Positions 27,315 to 38,793 of a DNA stretch of 64,000 nt are shown in pieces. The position numbers were made by a program, and so were the translations under genes. The DNA is taken from positions 35,216,001 through 35,280,000 of the forward strand of contig OX597821.1 of the NCBI GenBank assembly GCA_951406725.2, in the 5' to 3' direction. Each line of letters opens with the position of its first letter. The stretch's first letter is position 1. Source of the stretch: Octopus vulgaris (lineage: Eukaryota). The notes beneath the pieces were generated by a model. It saw only the letters and a program-made list of their open reading frames with translations, was not told the DNA's origin and ran no database searches.

Positions 27315-27403
27315 ACCTGCTAACCTACCCAGCGGGGTGTCATTCGAAGGTTAAAACAATGCGAAGTGCATTGTGACCTGTGATGTATAGCAACATCTGA
27401 TAT
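27315..27403 (+). repeat. Probable 3' fragment of another SINE
   Basis: cccagcggggtgtcattcgaaggttaaaacaatgcgaagtgcattgtgacc...aacatctgat; recalled cephalopod repeat tail, single copy in this window. Confidence 0.4.
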
Positions 27404-27511
27404 CGTGATACGTACATGCATACATTGTTACATACATACATTAATACACACATACATACATACATACATACATACATACATACATACATACATACATACA
27501 TACATACATAC

Positions 27512-27936
27512 ATGGTTGTCTACTCTTTATGCAGAGTTTCATTACCTCCTGTACCTATACATTCGAACCATCATGACATCTGATGTGGCTTTTTAAACCA
27601 GACAAAAGCTCCAAATAAGTTCTGATCTTTATGGTTCTTAAATTTTCTTTTGAGGCCTCCGTTAGATTTGCAAACCTTCTGGCATACATTGCACTGAAAG
27701 CTGTGCACAGACATATAGGCAGAAAAGTTTTGGGAGGTTCGTTTTCCATGGATTCGCAAGTGAGATTTGAGCCCAGCAAAAGAAAGGCATGGTCTGTCAC
27801 AAACTGTGCACACAAAAGGGTCACTAAGTTTCAGCTTCTCGATCGTAGCATTCTTTCTTAAATCTTTCTTGAGTCTTGCATGTTTTATCCTGGCCTATTC
27901 AAACGCTTTCACTCCACTCTACACTTTTGTTCCGCA
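27512..27936 (-). mobile_element. RTE-clade LINE 3' end with C-terminal C2H2 zinc fingers
   Basis: GVKAFE*ARIKHARLKKDLRK...CTVCDRPCLSFAGLKSHLRIH...CNVCQKVCKSNGGLKR...SGLKSHIRCH, the RTE C-terminal pattern FExxR...KRxxRK...CxxCxRxCxSxxGLxSH. Confidence 0.8.
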
Positions 27937-28304
27937 TCTCTGTATATATATAAACGGCAAAATGTCTGTGTGTGTATGTCCTTTATACAAATCCCCAAAT
28001 TTTCAGTTAGAGGGCTCGCACTTTCTATGGTCATTCAAAACCGTCCAAGGGTGGTCATGCACATCTTTACATTTCCCCAGTCACCCCGCAAAGTCATTAA
28101 AAAATCAATAGAAGTAACTTTTTTGTGAATTTTCTATCCAAAACCCAATCAAAATGCCCGAAACTTGATACGCCAATTGAATGCCAGCTAGCTGTATGTG
28201 GTTGGTCGGAGATTTGGACAGTACTCGCGTGTCTGTGCGCACGCACGCAGCTGTATATGCATGCGCTAGCACTATGACCCGGCGTTGCCGAGTCATAGTG
28301 CTAG
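27937..28304 (+). mobile_element. Non-autonomous Helitron
   Basis: 5' A|TCTCTGTATATATATAAA, 3' hairpin ending in CTAG|T, inserted between A and T with no target duplication. Confidence 0.8.
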
Positions 28305-28784
28305 TCTATGTATAATTTGGTACATAATGCTGAGACAATCATGCACACCCAGGAAACGAAATAGTGAATAATAAAACGAAGTAAATAATATAGAAATTTA
28401 GACAGAGAGCATCAAGCAATAAATTTAGGAGAGAGAGAGAGGGGGAGGAGGGAACGAGAGAGAGGAGGAGAAAGGAAGGGAGGTTGGAAGAGAGGACAGT
28501 ATCTTTTTAAAAGTACTTGTCTCTAATACTCTACCTGCCTAAGTATCAGTTAGTTTCCTCTTCCAACACCTACCATCACCACTACATCTGTTTTACGGTA
28601 TACAGATAAATGTTTGTATATACGTATGTTTGAAAACATTTCTTTTCCTATATATAAAGCATACATACACACTTTATATATATACTGTACTTATGCACCT
28701 ATGTATATTCAAATATACATATACGTATATGTTTATATTGTGTAAGTATACATGTGTAAATGTATAAGTATATAAATATGTGTG

Positions 28785-28828
<44 letters not shown>

Positions 28829-28916
28829 CATACATACACACATACGTGTATATGCTTGAGCATGCAGTCGTGTGCGTACTTTTATGATCTATGTTAATTC
28901 GTTTATTGAGTTACCA

Positions 28917-28955
<39 letters not shown>

Positions 28956-29257
28956 TGTATGTATATATATTTATATACATATATATATATATATTTGTAA
29001 GTATACATATGCGTTTGTTTGCAACATATATACACACTCATATATGTAGGTATACATACACACACACGTATATATATGTATATATATATATATACATGAG
29101 TGTATACACACATGTATATAAGCCTATATAAACATATACATAAATTATTACGTGCATAATATGCACACACATTCACGCGCGCATACGCACTTATATAAGT
29201 ATATACACATACTTTCACAAGGTGCGTGTGATATAGATCGAAAGATATTGTATGAAG

Positions 29258-29304
<47 letters not shown>

Positions 29305-29935
29305 AGTGAGAGAGAGAATTAGATAGTGACGGAAAGAGGGGTGTGAGATTGCGAAGTGGGGCAGAAAGAAAGGATAAAGGAGATGGTGTAGCAGAAGTAT
29401 TTCGGGAATGGTAGCAGGATATTCATCTGTGAACAATTTGAGAGCAACTGCTTCTGATTTAGCACGCAACCTCCCTGCTTCCACATGTATTCATCATGGC
29501 ATTTCCTTCTTAGAACACCACACCACATCATGCCTCACCTTACCTTACTTACCAACTCGCCTCAGGATGGTCCACAAGCCACACCCAGGGTTTTCTTTGC
29601 TGGGGAGGGGAACTATGAAGTCTTTATATAAATCATTCAGGCGACATCATTTTGTCGGCATACGCTGCATTGCTCCTTTTATTTAATTCCAGATGATGTT
29701 ATTCCATACCAGGTTCTATCAAATTTATTACCGAAATCTTGCTTCTACTCGACCATATTCACGATGCTGGTTTCCTTTTTATTTTCTTATTTATTGTCCG
29801 TAATTTTGTTTCTGGTTCTTTTCTACTTTGTATTTTTATACATGTATTTTAAAAATTTTCTTCATCACAACTCATTTCTTGAATAAACAGTCAACCCTTT
29901 TAAGTTTCTCTATCAATCTACAAGCATTATTTCAA

Positions 29936-30033
<98 letters not shown>

Positions 30034-30801
30034 GCTACCCGTTCGGGATAAGCTCTACAGACACGGCTCGAGAAACACGGGGCCGACCTGCCCGAGATGC
30101 GGTCAGAGCGACGAAACCGTTCTGCACGCACTCGTTCAGTGTCCAACAATTTCCGACCTGTGGGCTTATGTCGAACAACTGCTGTCACGTGTGGGACGAG
30201 TCGGTTTATCAGCTGAGTCTATCGTCAATATTGTCACGCCTCCTTCCTTCAAACGGGAAGGAAGAGCTATTTTCATCATCCTTGTGGCTATGGCGAAGGA
30301 ATGTATCTGGTGGACGCGTCTGAAAGGATTGGAGACAAACACTTTCCTCTCTGGTCAATCTCTCATCAACTTCTTCAAGTACCACTTGAAAAGGAAAGTG
30401 AGAGTAGAGAGGCAAGTTTTGTCTAGCGAATGTTTTAAAAAAGATGGGTGAATGTAGCAAGAATGGCACGTATGAATGACGAAGCCACCTTGAGCATAGT
30501 CCTATGAACCCAGAAATCGAAAACAGAGAGTTGCTTATTTGCAAAAAAAAAAAAAAAAAAAAAAAGAAATATAAAATGTGACTTCATTGACCGAGGTTAC
30601 CGTGGTCTTTTCCGTAGGCTTTTCTTTCCACGGGTAAACCTCACCTGTCCTCCCCTTTACACTTCATATTGACATTTCTGTGATAACGATCCCTATTGAT
30701 CATTTTTTTTTTTTTTTTTTTTTTCCTCCCCCTTTTTTTTAACCCCCTTTTTTTGTCCTCTTTCTCTCCTTTTACGATCCCTTTTGATCGAAACTCCCCC
30801 T

Positions 30802-30835
<34 letters not shown>

Positions 30836-30906
30836 CTTCAAAAGAAAAGCTCTACCTTGTAATTTGTTCTATCTGTGTGCAGCCCTGTGTGGCTAATAAA
30901 GAAACA
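30034..30906 (+). mobile_element. Tx1-clade LINE, 5'-truncated copy (ORF2 C-terminal zinc finger + 3' UTR)
   Basis: LPVRDKLYRHG...TCPRCGQSDETVLHALVQCPTISDLW...KECIWWTR (L1/Tx1 CCHC zf-RVT region). A frameshift in the A-run at ~30440 restores KRWVNVARM...IVL* (stop 30505-30507). T-rich 3' UTR, AATAAA, then (TATC)n. Confidence 0.92.
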
Positions 30907-30923
30907 TATCTATCCATCTATCC

Positions 30924-30998
<75 letters not shown>

Positions 30999-31217
30999 GG
31001 ACAGACAGACGCAAGTCAAATGGGCTCCACGTAAGTTGGTATTTTTATACGTTCAAAAGTGTATATTGACAAATATTTTGTGTTTAAAAGTTGTGCAACA
31101 ACATCCACTGCAAACCTTTGATAAATATCTACACAAAATTTTGCCCCTTGCGGGCAAAATTAAAAAAGAAAAATTCTCATAGCCTTCGTGGTTTCATTTA
31201 GCCATTTTAATTTCAAA

Positions 31218-33315
31218 ATGGCCACTGGTCACCACGAGGCTGATGTGCAAGTCAAGCGTGACGCAGAGACAGAAAAACAGGATGCTCTGTTAGCATACGC
31301 TGAACCTGACAACAACACCACCTCCACCACCATCAACATCGACAACAGCAACAAATACAAAACAAAGGTCGCAAGGCCAAGCACCGTCAACACCATCAGT
31401 GAGTCCACCACCAACACCGACAACAACACCATGGCAGAATCTGCTACTAAAACTGCTATCCCTGCTAAAGACATCGCCACCAATAACAATACCAACATCA
31501 CCATCACCGCCACCAAAGACCGGGCCGTCAATGCTACTAATACCACTAACACCACCGCCATCACCAAGAACGACAATAACAACAACAACAACAACGACGA
31601 CAACAACAATTCCCTTCAACCACTGCTCACTCCATCACCAACAAGTGAAAAAATAACGACGACAAGCAAACGAAATGCCGAAATTTGCGCTAATGCAGGA
31701 CTAAATTACGCAGACAATTTTCCACCCCTTGCTAGTTGCATAATCAGCAACCACAAACCTACAACCCACACCCCTGCCATCAACACCAACACCACCGGCA
31801 GTAACAACAATAACAAAACAACAACAAACTTCGCCGAGGCGATAAAAGAAAAGGTAACAAAAAGTTTCGTTTACTACACAACAGATAAAAGATTGCAGAC
31901 ACCTTATTACAAATGAAAACGGAAAAATACTCTTACACATACCTCAACACATACTAAATGAGGAAAAAAAAGAAGACAATTGTCTATAAAATAACGAATA
32001 AAAAAACTAAAAGTCCAGAAAAGGCAAGCACAGAGAAAATAGAAAAGTGCTTACGCCCCATCTGGGGATACAAGGATTGTGTGACTTGTGCGAACTTGTT
32101 CGCCCAGGTGGTTTTTAAGAATGAAGAGTTGGCGAAGAAATTCTCAACGATAACCCTTCATTCTGATGAACTAACGATGACACCGAGTTACCTCGGCCAG
32201 AAGGTGACGAAGGTCATTATCAGTGGTGTCCCCCTAGTGACTACAACACTGTGGATAACATCCGCCTTAACATCCGAAATGGAGGACTTAAACATCCTAG
32301 ATATCGGTGTTTCGGAAAACAAGGACTGTCTGGGAAAGAGAATAGAGTTCCTCTTCCACATAAGTCAAGAGAACATAAATAAAATCCCCACCCACGTACA
32401 TCTTGAGGATGGCCGCAAGTTATACGTAGTAGTCGAGGGCAGAAGGCCACGATGCTATACATGTGACAGTGAGGCACACCTCAAAAGGAGTGCAAATCTG
32501 CCGCAAAATTACAACAACAACAACAGCCACAGGAAAAATCACAAAAGCCAGCATTATTGTCCACACCACAATATGGACAGCTAGTCAAGAAGCTGTATGC
32601 GGAAATGCAGGAAAAACAACAAAGAACAAGCCAACCCAACCAAACAACACCAACACCAGCGCCAAGAACAGAATCATCACCACCAACAACAAATAAACCA
32701 ATTCCAACACCAAGAATAACAACGAAGAAGACAAGCACCAAGGATGTAGGAGAGACAATAACCACAACAAACCCCCCAGCAACACCCTCCCCGCGCACCA
32801 CAACAATATCTACAACCGCACAAACACACCCAGACGCTTTACCCTTGCCCCCTGCTGATTCGTCAGACTTTTCATCTAACGATGAAATTTCGACAGAATG
32901 GCAAATAGCCACAGGGGGTAAAAGAAAAAGATCAAGAAAAACCAAACAAGAAATCGCAACCAAAGCAGGGAGATACCTGAACCCTGAAAACTCCATACAC
33001 AACAAAACAAGCACCAACACCACAAAAACAATGCTATCAGCGATAGACACCAAAGACTCCAAACTAATGGAGTACATCACAGGATACACAAACATTTGTG
33101 AAGATGACTTTAAAAATAGCAATCATCCACGCACTACACCACCCAAACACATCAAAATACTACACATCACACAAACACAACACCACAAACTCAAAGCCCT
33201 CTTCCCAAATGCTGTAGGGGGTTTCCAGAAATATCTGTCCCAAAAACTATATAAAAACCTCCTCGAAGACACATCAAAGAACGAGGAAGCCAAAACTTTC
33301 GACACAAGTAAGTAA
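31218..33315 (+). pseudogene. Tx1 ORF1 (gag-like, CCHC zinc knuckle), frameshifted
   Basis: ORF pieces 31218-31916, 31958-32584 and 32557-33315. VTKVIISGVP and VVVEGRRPRCYTCDSEAHLK are present; one extra A at ~32483 gives HLKKEC (CX2CX4HX4C) and joins the last piece. Long Thr/Asn-rich arms. Confidence 0.85.
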
Positions 33316-33365
33316 CTCTCTGTACTTTCATTTGTATGTTTTAAAGTACACACCCCAATAGAATC

Positions 33366-34343
33366 ATGGTCAAGATTGGTTGTGTGAATGCGCGTGGCTT
33401 GGGGTCTCCTTGGAAACAAGGATACCTCCTAAATGACATCAAGTCACATGATTTGGGAATCATAGCCATAAGTGAGACCAGACTCCACGAGCCACGGGCC
33501 ATAAAGTCCATGTTTGGCGGACAGTTTAACATTTATTTCGCTCCCTGTCTGCCGAGGATGGGCGGTAGTGGCACCGCGGTACTTTTTCACAAGAGCCTGG
33601 ATCTCGAAGTCAAGACGATATTCGTAGACCCGGAGGGTAGACTGATCGTTCTGGATGTTGACGGCAGCAATGGGTGCGCTTTTCGACTCGTATCAGTCTA
33701 CGCACCGCCCTTAACAGGTCGGGCGGATTTCTTTCGACGTCTAGAAGTATTTTTGGGAACGTCTCGTCCTTTACTCTTAGTGGGGGATTGGAATGCTACC
33801 TTGGACACGCATGTAGACTACGTGGGTAGAGACAGAAACAGAAGGGGATGCAAATTCCTCAGAGACCTGCTCAGACGATTCCAACTGTCTGACAGGTACC
33901 GACTCGACCACCCAAAGGCACCAACGTGGACATGGAGCAACCGCAGTGGGTCGTCGAGATCGTATCTAGATAGGATACTGTGTAGGACAGTAGACAAGGA
34001 TAACTTAGGATGTCCACAATTCCACACAGTCAGCTACACGGATCACAAATTGGTGACGTGTACGCTAGACTTAGATAAGGCACATAGACAGGGTCCTGGG
34101 TACTGGAAACTGAACGCCTCATTCCCGTCCAGACAAGTTTTCAGAGACCGGATTAGCACACTATTAAAGAGGGCTTTGACGGGAGCCATCATCAACAACA
34201 AATGGTGGTTTGCCCTCAAGAGAGCAGTAAAATCAGAAGCGATTAGGTACAGCAAAGCACTAGCCATAGATAGAAATAGAGTAGAGGGTGAGCTAGTTAA
34301 GAAGCTAGAAGAGGCAATTAGAAGCGGCATCGAAGGTGGTTGA
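33366..34343 (+). CDS. Tx1 ORF2 N-terminus: apurinic-like endonuclease (EEP fold), truncated before RT
   Basis: 325-aa open frame with NARGL, ISET, GSGTAVL, DPEGRLI, VYAP, GDWN, PTWTW, SYLDRI, TDH and GPGYWKLN motifs. Confidence 0.93.
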   Translation: MVKIGCVNARGLGSPWKQGYLLNDIKSHDLGIIAISETRLHEPRAIKSMFGGQFNIYFAPCLPRMGGSGTAVLFHKSLDLEVKTIFVDPEGRLIVLDVDGSNGCAFRLVSVYAPPLTGRADFFRRLEVFLGTSRPLLLVGDWNATLDTHVDYVGRDRNRRGCKFLRDLLRRFQLSDRYRLDHPKAPTWTWSNRSGSSRSYLDRILCRTVDKDNLGCPQFHTVSYTDHKLVTCTLDLDKAHRQGPGYWKLNASFPSRQVFRDRISTLLKRALTGAIINNKWWFALKRAVKSEAIRYSKALAIDRNRVEGELVKKLEEAIRSGIEGG

Positions 34344-34377
34344 ATGGTCTACCCTACGAGTTTTACAATTGTACGTA

Positions 34378-34567
<190 letters not shown>

Positions 34568-37500
34568 CATCATTCCATGTATCTCTCTCTCCTGGTTCTC
34601 ATCTTATATACTTGAAAACGCTCCAGAGTTATCTTCTGCTTGAACAATATAAAAATAAGTTCACTCTAATATATTCAAGGCAGTGAGGCAAAAATAATGT
34701 TTAATCAAATGAAATTTCACACAAAATTCGAAGGAAACATTTTTAAAAGGTAAATGCAAATCTTTCGCAAGGAAAGTAAGCGAGACAATTCCAAGATTTA
34801 AACACTTTAATATTTGAAAGAAGATATGCATGTGATTCTGCACTGTGGTAAATACGGTGACAGCAACAATTATGTTCCGCTTCCTGAGCGAAGTATAACC
34901 TAGCAAATACCTCCCAAACTGTCATTTATATTGATGGTAAGTACTTCAATGTTTCCGCTCTGACAACCGCTTGTCGTTAGTAAAACTGATTTTTTGCTTG
35001 GGACTATTTGAATTATGTGAGACAGTTTACGAAACAGGTTAACGAAAAATTTTGATTAACTGATGTTTAGAGATGAGATAAACGAAAACCATTGATAGTA
35101 AGCATTCGTTCCTTTTGTAAAGCGATGCGATTGTCGAGTCTTTTTGAGTCCTTATTGCACTCATCGCTACAAAAGTAGACGAGAATTGTCTTGTCCCAGA
35201 TATATTTCCTGCAGCCTGAGAAGTAATAATGTCTTCGCTAATTTTAGGTATCCCAAAGTAGTAACTGACTGTTCATACCTTATAAAAACATCAGGAACAA
35301 CAGAATATTCTCCTTATATCACCTCTGTGTCGTAGTTGAAATACACTCAAGGAAAAAATCGTCCAGCCTCCAAAGTTCTGGAGCATCACTATAAAGTTTA
35401 ACTTGGTAAAAGTACAACCTATTTTCAGTGTCTTTTCTTGTCTAATAGAAACTTCGAACAGCATCTTTTAGAGGCAAACCCAACTTTTTGCCACCTTCTT
35501 GTAATGATCCTTCCTCTTGTTTCAAGTAATTCTACACTCTCTGCAAACTCTTCTTTCTGCACTAAAACACTGTTTCAGCCTTCTTTTTTATATACTTAAA
35601 CTAGTTTTAGGTCTGCCAGCTCCTTTGTCCCTTACTGTAAAATCACCTTTCTTGCCCTCTATAGTGGGCAGAGAAATTGAGACCTTCTTTCGTATGAGTA
35701 GCTTGTGGATTTCAAAATATATTGTATCGGCTTTACAAAAATAGCAATTTGGCTTTGAATATCTACACAAGGCATATAAACTGTTTTTTTTTGGAGCTAC
35801 ATCTAAAGCATCAGAAAAGCAAACGAAACAAATAACTTTATTTGATTATACACATTTCAAATACAGCCATCTATACAGAACTTTTGATCTAAATGATAAA
35901 AATAATCTTCTAGTACATTTTCATTTAAAAGGAATTTAAAAGTACACTCGACATAGATATTTTTTCAAATATTTTATTTTACAAACATTTTAAAATAATA
36001 CTATCATGCATTTCTGTTTGTAGAAATTTCTTCATCCTTGTCTTAGCTAAGATAGTAGCTTTAAGGTCAAAAGATAAAAGAACAAATATCGAAATTTTCG
36101 TAGACTCATTTTTACCTCAAGAAACTTCTCTATGCAAATTTGTAAAATTAGCTTTTCTCCGAAGAAATGCTACTACGAGTCCGTGAATGAAACATTCCAG
36201 TAAAAAAATATAACTGCAATATCTGCTACACGTTAACGCGTCAACTTTACAAGACATGGTTGGTTAATTTTTTCCTTTGGAGTAGAGAAGATATAGACAC
36301 TGAGATTTCGCATGGGTAACATATTTGTCTAGATTATGAAATGATAACACTAAATTCCGTTAGTATATCAAATTGCAGGGTCTGATCGGGCCGCCATTTA
36401 ACGACAAGAAATTACAACAAACTAAAATGCCATTACATTGCATCAAGTAACATGTGCTCTTCAGATCATCGTAGATTGCAACAGAACACACACACATATT
36501 ACTAACTCAGCAATATATATATATATATATATATATAAATACACAATGGTCATTGATAAAACATATCTGAAATCAAAAATGGAATGGCCACAGATAAAAC
36601 GCCTGTATAATGCAATGATCGGGGATTTAACACTGACACCTGCTGTATGTCTGTGAGTATAATGTGCCCCCACTCAATCATGTACAAACCTTTTATATCG
36701 GTAGATGAGGAGTTGTAGATATTCTCCAATCATTTGGTCAGTTATCGAAGTTCCATAAATATGTTTGATCATGGATAAGCAAGACTACACAACAATAAGA
36801 ATAAGAACAAGTAAAAAAAAAACACATTTCTTAATAGGTATTTAAACTAAGGTTTCATTCATTATATTTATTTCAGAACTAATTTGCTACACGTAGCAAT
36901 TTTCTATAGTTTTAATTATTTTTCTTATCGTTTCATTAATGTAACTGATATATGTGCTAAATATTGTATTTTGAACAGGTCAATAAAATTGATTATAATA
37001 ATGATTACTCAACATAAGTTGCTATCTCCAGAAGTGGATACCATATTCCTAGATCCCAATCGTCAAATTGAATATTGGATACCTAACATCTTTATAAGAA
37101 TAATGGACATGGAATTTCCTCTTAAATAATAATTCAGCATCGTCCTGTAATCTCGATGTATTAAAAAGCATTTAAAGGAACTGAACACCCAGAGCCATCG
37201 CATGACTTTTAAAGACCCCTTGCAAATTTATGTTTCGAGGCACCATCTCTTCAATCAAAATTCATAATCTACGCACTTTTTGTTGATAGCTATATTTTAC
37301 TTTATTCTATCTGAAGTTCAATATTACATGTTATTCTAAAGAACATCTTTAAAGTAAAAATTTTAATTTATTTAGGGCTGGAACTATTGTATTATTGCAT
37401 GTTTAGGAAGGCAAATATTTAATAGGGCTGAATATTTATTCAATGGACTCACAAATATCAGAAGACATGCATTTCAAAAAACAACTGTGAAATATAGTTG

Positions 37501-37823
37501 TCTCAGCTTTTGTATGCGAAGAAATTTATTCAAGAACATCAAAATACAGAAAACTTTCAATCCAAAACAAAAGCAATCTATTTCAAATTATATATTTTTG
37601 CAAAATAGACGTGAATGTTCTCAAAGACTTGATAACAGCGGTTGTAATATTTCGATTGGATAGACAATACTACAATTCAAACTGTAAAGTCAAAATACCA
37701 AAGATGCAAAATATGAGGAATTTCTCACCTTTCTCTGAAATCATAAATATACATATACATAAATATATATATACATATATATATATACATATATATATAT
37801 ACATATACATATATACATATACA

Positions 37824-38234
37824 GGCGCAGGAGTGACTGTGTGGTAAGTAGCTTGCTAACCAACCACATGGTCCCGGATTCAGTCCCACTGCGTGGCATC
37901 TTGGGCAAGTGTCTTCTGCTATAGCCCCGGGCCGACCAATGCCTTGTGAGTGGATTTGGTAGACGGAAACTGAAATAAGCCTGTCGTATATATGTATATA
38001 TATATATGTGTGTGTGCGTGTTTGTGTGTCTGTGTTTGTTCCCCTAGCATTGCTTGACAACCGATGCTGGTGTGTTTACGTCCCCGTAAGAAACACCGAT
38101 AGAATAAGTACTGGGCAAAAGACACCGATAGAATAAGTACTGGGCTTACAAAGAATAAGTCCCGGGGTCGATTTGTTCGACTAAAGGTAGTGCTCCAGCA
38201 TGGCCGCAGTCAAATGACTGAAACAAGTAAAAGA
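37824..38234 (+). mobile_element. SINE family B, near full length
   Basis: GGCGCAGGAGTGACTGTGTGGTAAG head, GATTCAGTCCC B box, CTTGGGCAAGT CORE-like motif, (TA)(TG) tract and tail. Internal duplication of acaccgatagaataagtactgggc. Confidence 0.93.
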
Positions 38235-38599
38235 TATTAAGAAAGATTATATACTTACATATGTATACATACATATACATATATGATATATATATATATA
38301 CATACATATATACACATGCATATACATGTATATATATACATATAAATACATACATATATATACATATATACATATATACATATATACACATACATACACA
38401 CACACATATATACAAACATATATAAATACATAGTGAAAGCAATTGAAATTGAAACCACATAATAGTGAAAGTATTATATCATATTATAATAGAGATATTA
38501 TTTTTTCACTTTTGACACTTAATATCAAAACATTGTAAGAGCTGAGAGATTGCTCCTCGCATTAGGCTTTTGCTTAATTAGAGATCGTGGCCCATGACA

Positions 38600-38793
38600 C
38601 TTCATGGACCCTAAGTAAGGCATGTATAAAATTTGAATGAAGCTACATTAACCATCTTTCCATGCTGCGATATAAAGATGTTTGACCTGGGACCCAAGTG
38701 TAAGGGCTGAAACACGGTTGGGAATTTCTCGAGTTTTAGTGACGCACACATACAGAGAGACAGACAGACATTCTCAGTTTTATATATATAAAT
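38600..38793 (-). mobile_element. Helitron-like non-autonomous element 5' part (related piece at 39770-39860)
   Basis: Minus strand starts T.TATATATAAAACTGAGAATGTCTGTCTG, like the start at 27937. tttgac.tgggaccca.gtgtaag recurs at ~39810. Confidence 0.5.

Larger units (their letters stand above)
30999..34370 (+). mobile_element. Tx1-clade LINE, 5' portion (5' UTR, ORF1, ORF2 endonuclease, start of RT)
   Basis: Begins directly after (TATC)n. ORF1 with zinc knuckle, ORF2 APE domain, then a GLPYEFY RT-entry motif, then (TACC)n(TATC)n. Confidence 0.92.

Noticed and set aside
27571-27813. Host C2H2 zinc-finger gene
   Set aside because: It lacks TGEKP linkers and follows the RTE ORF C-terminal motif; it is a LINE remnant.
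29640-29760. YADK motif on the minus strand resembling RT YADD
   Set aside because: A single short motif without convincing flanking RT sequence.
32481-33122. 213-aa and other minus-strand ORFs over the Tx1 element
   Set aside because: Antisense shadows of the A/C-rich ORF1.
34960-36410. Possible DNA transposon bounded by cttgtcgtta / taacgacaag
   Set aside because: Only a 10-bp inverted match, no target duplication and no transposase motif recognised.
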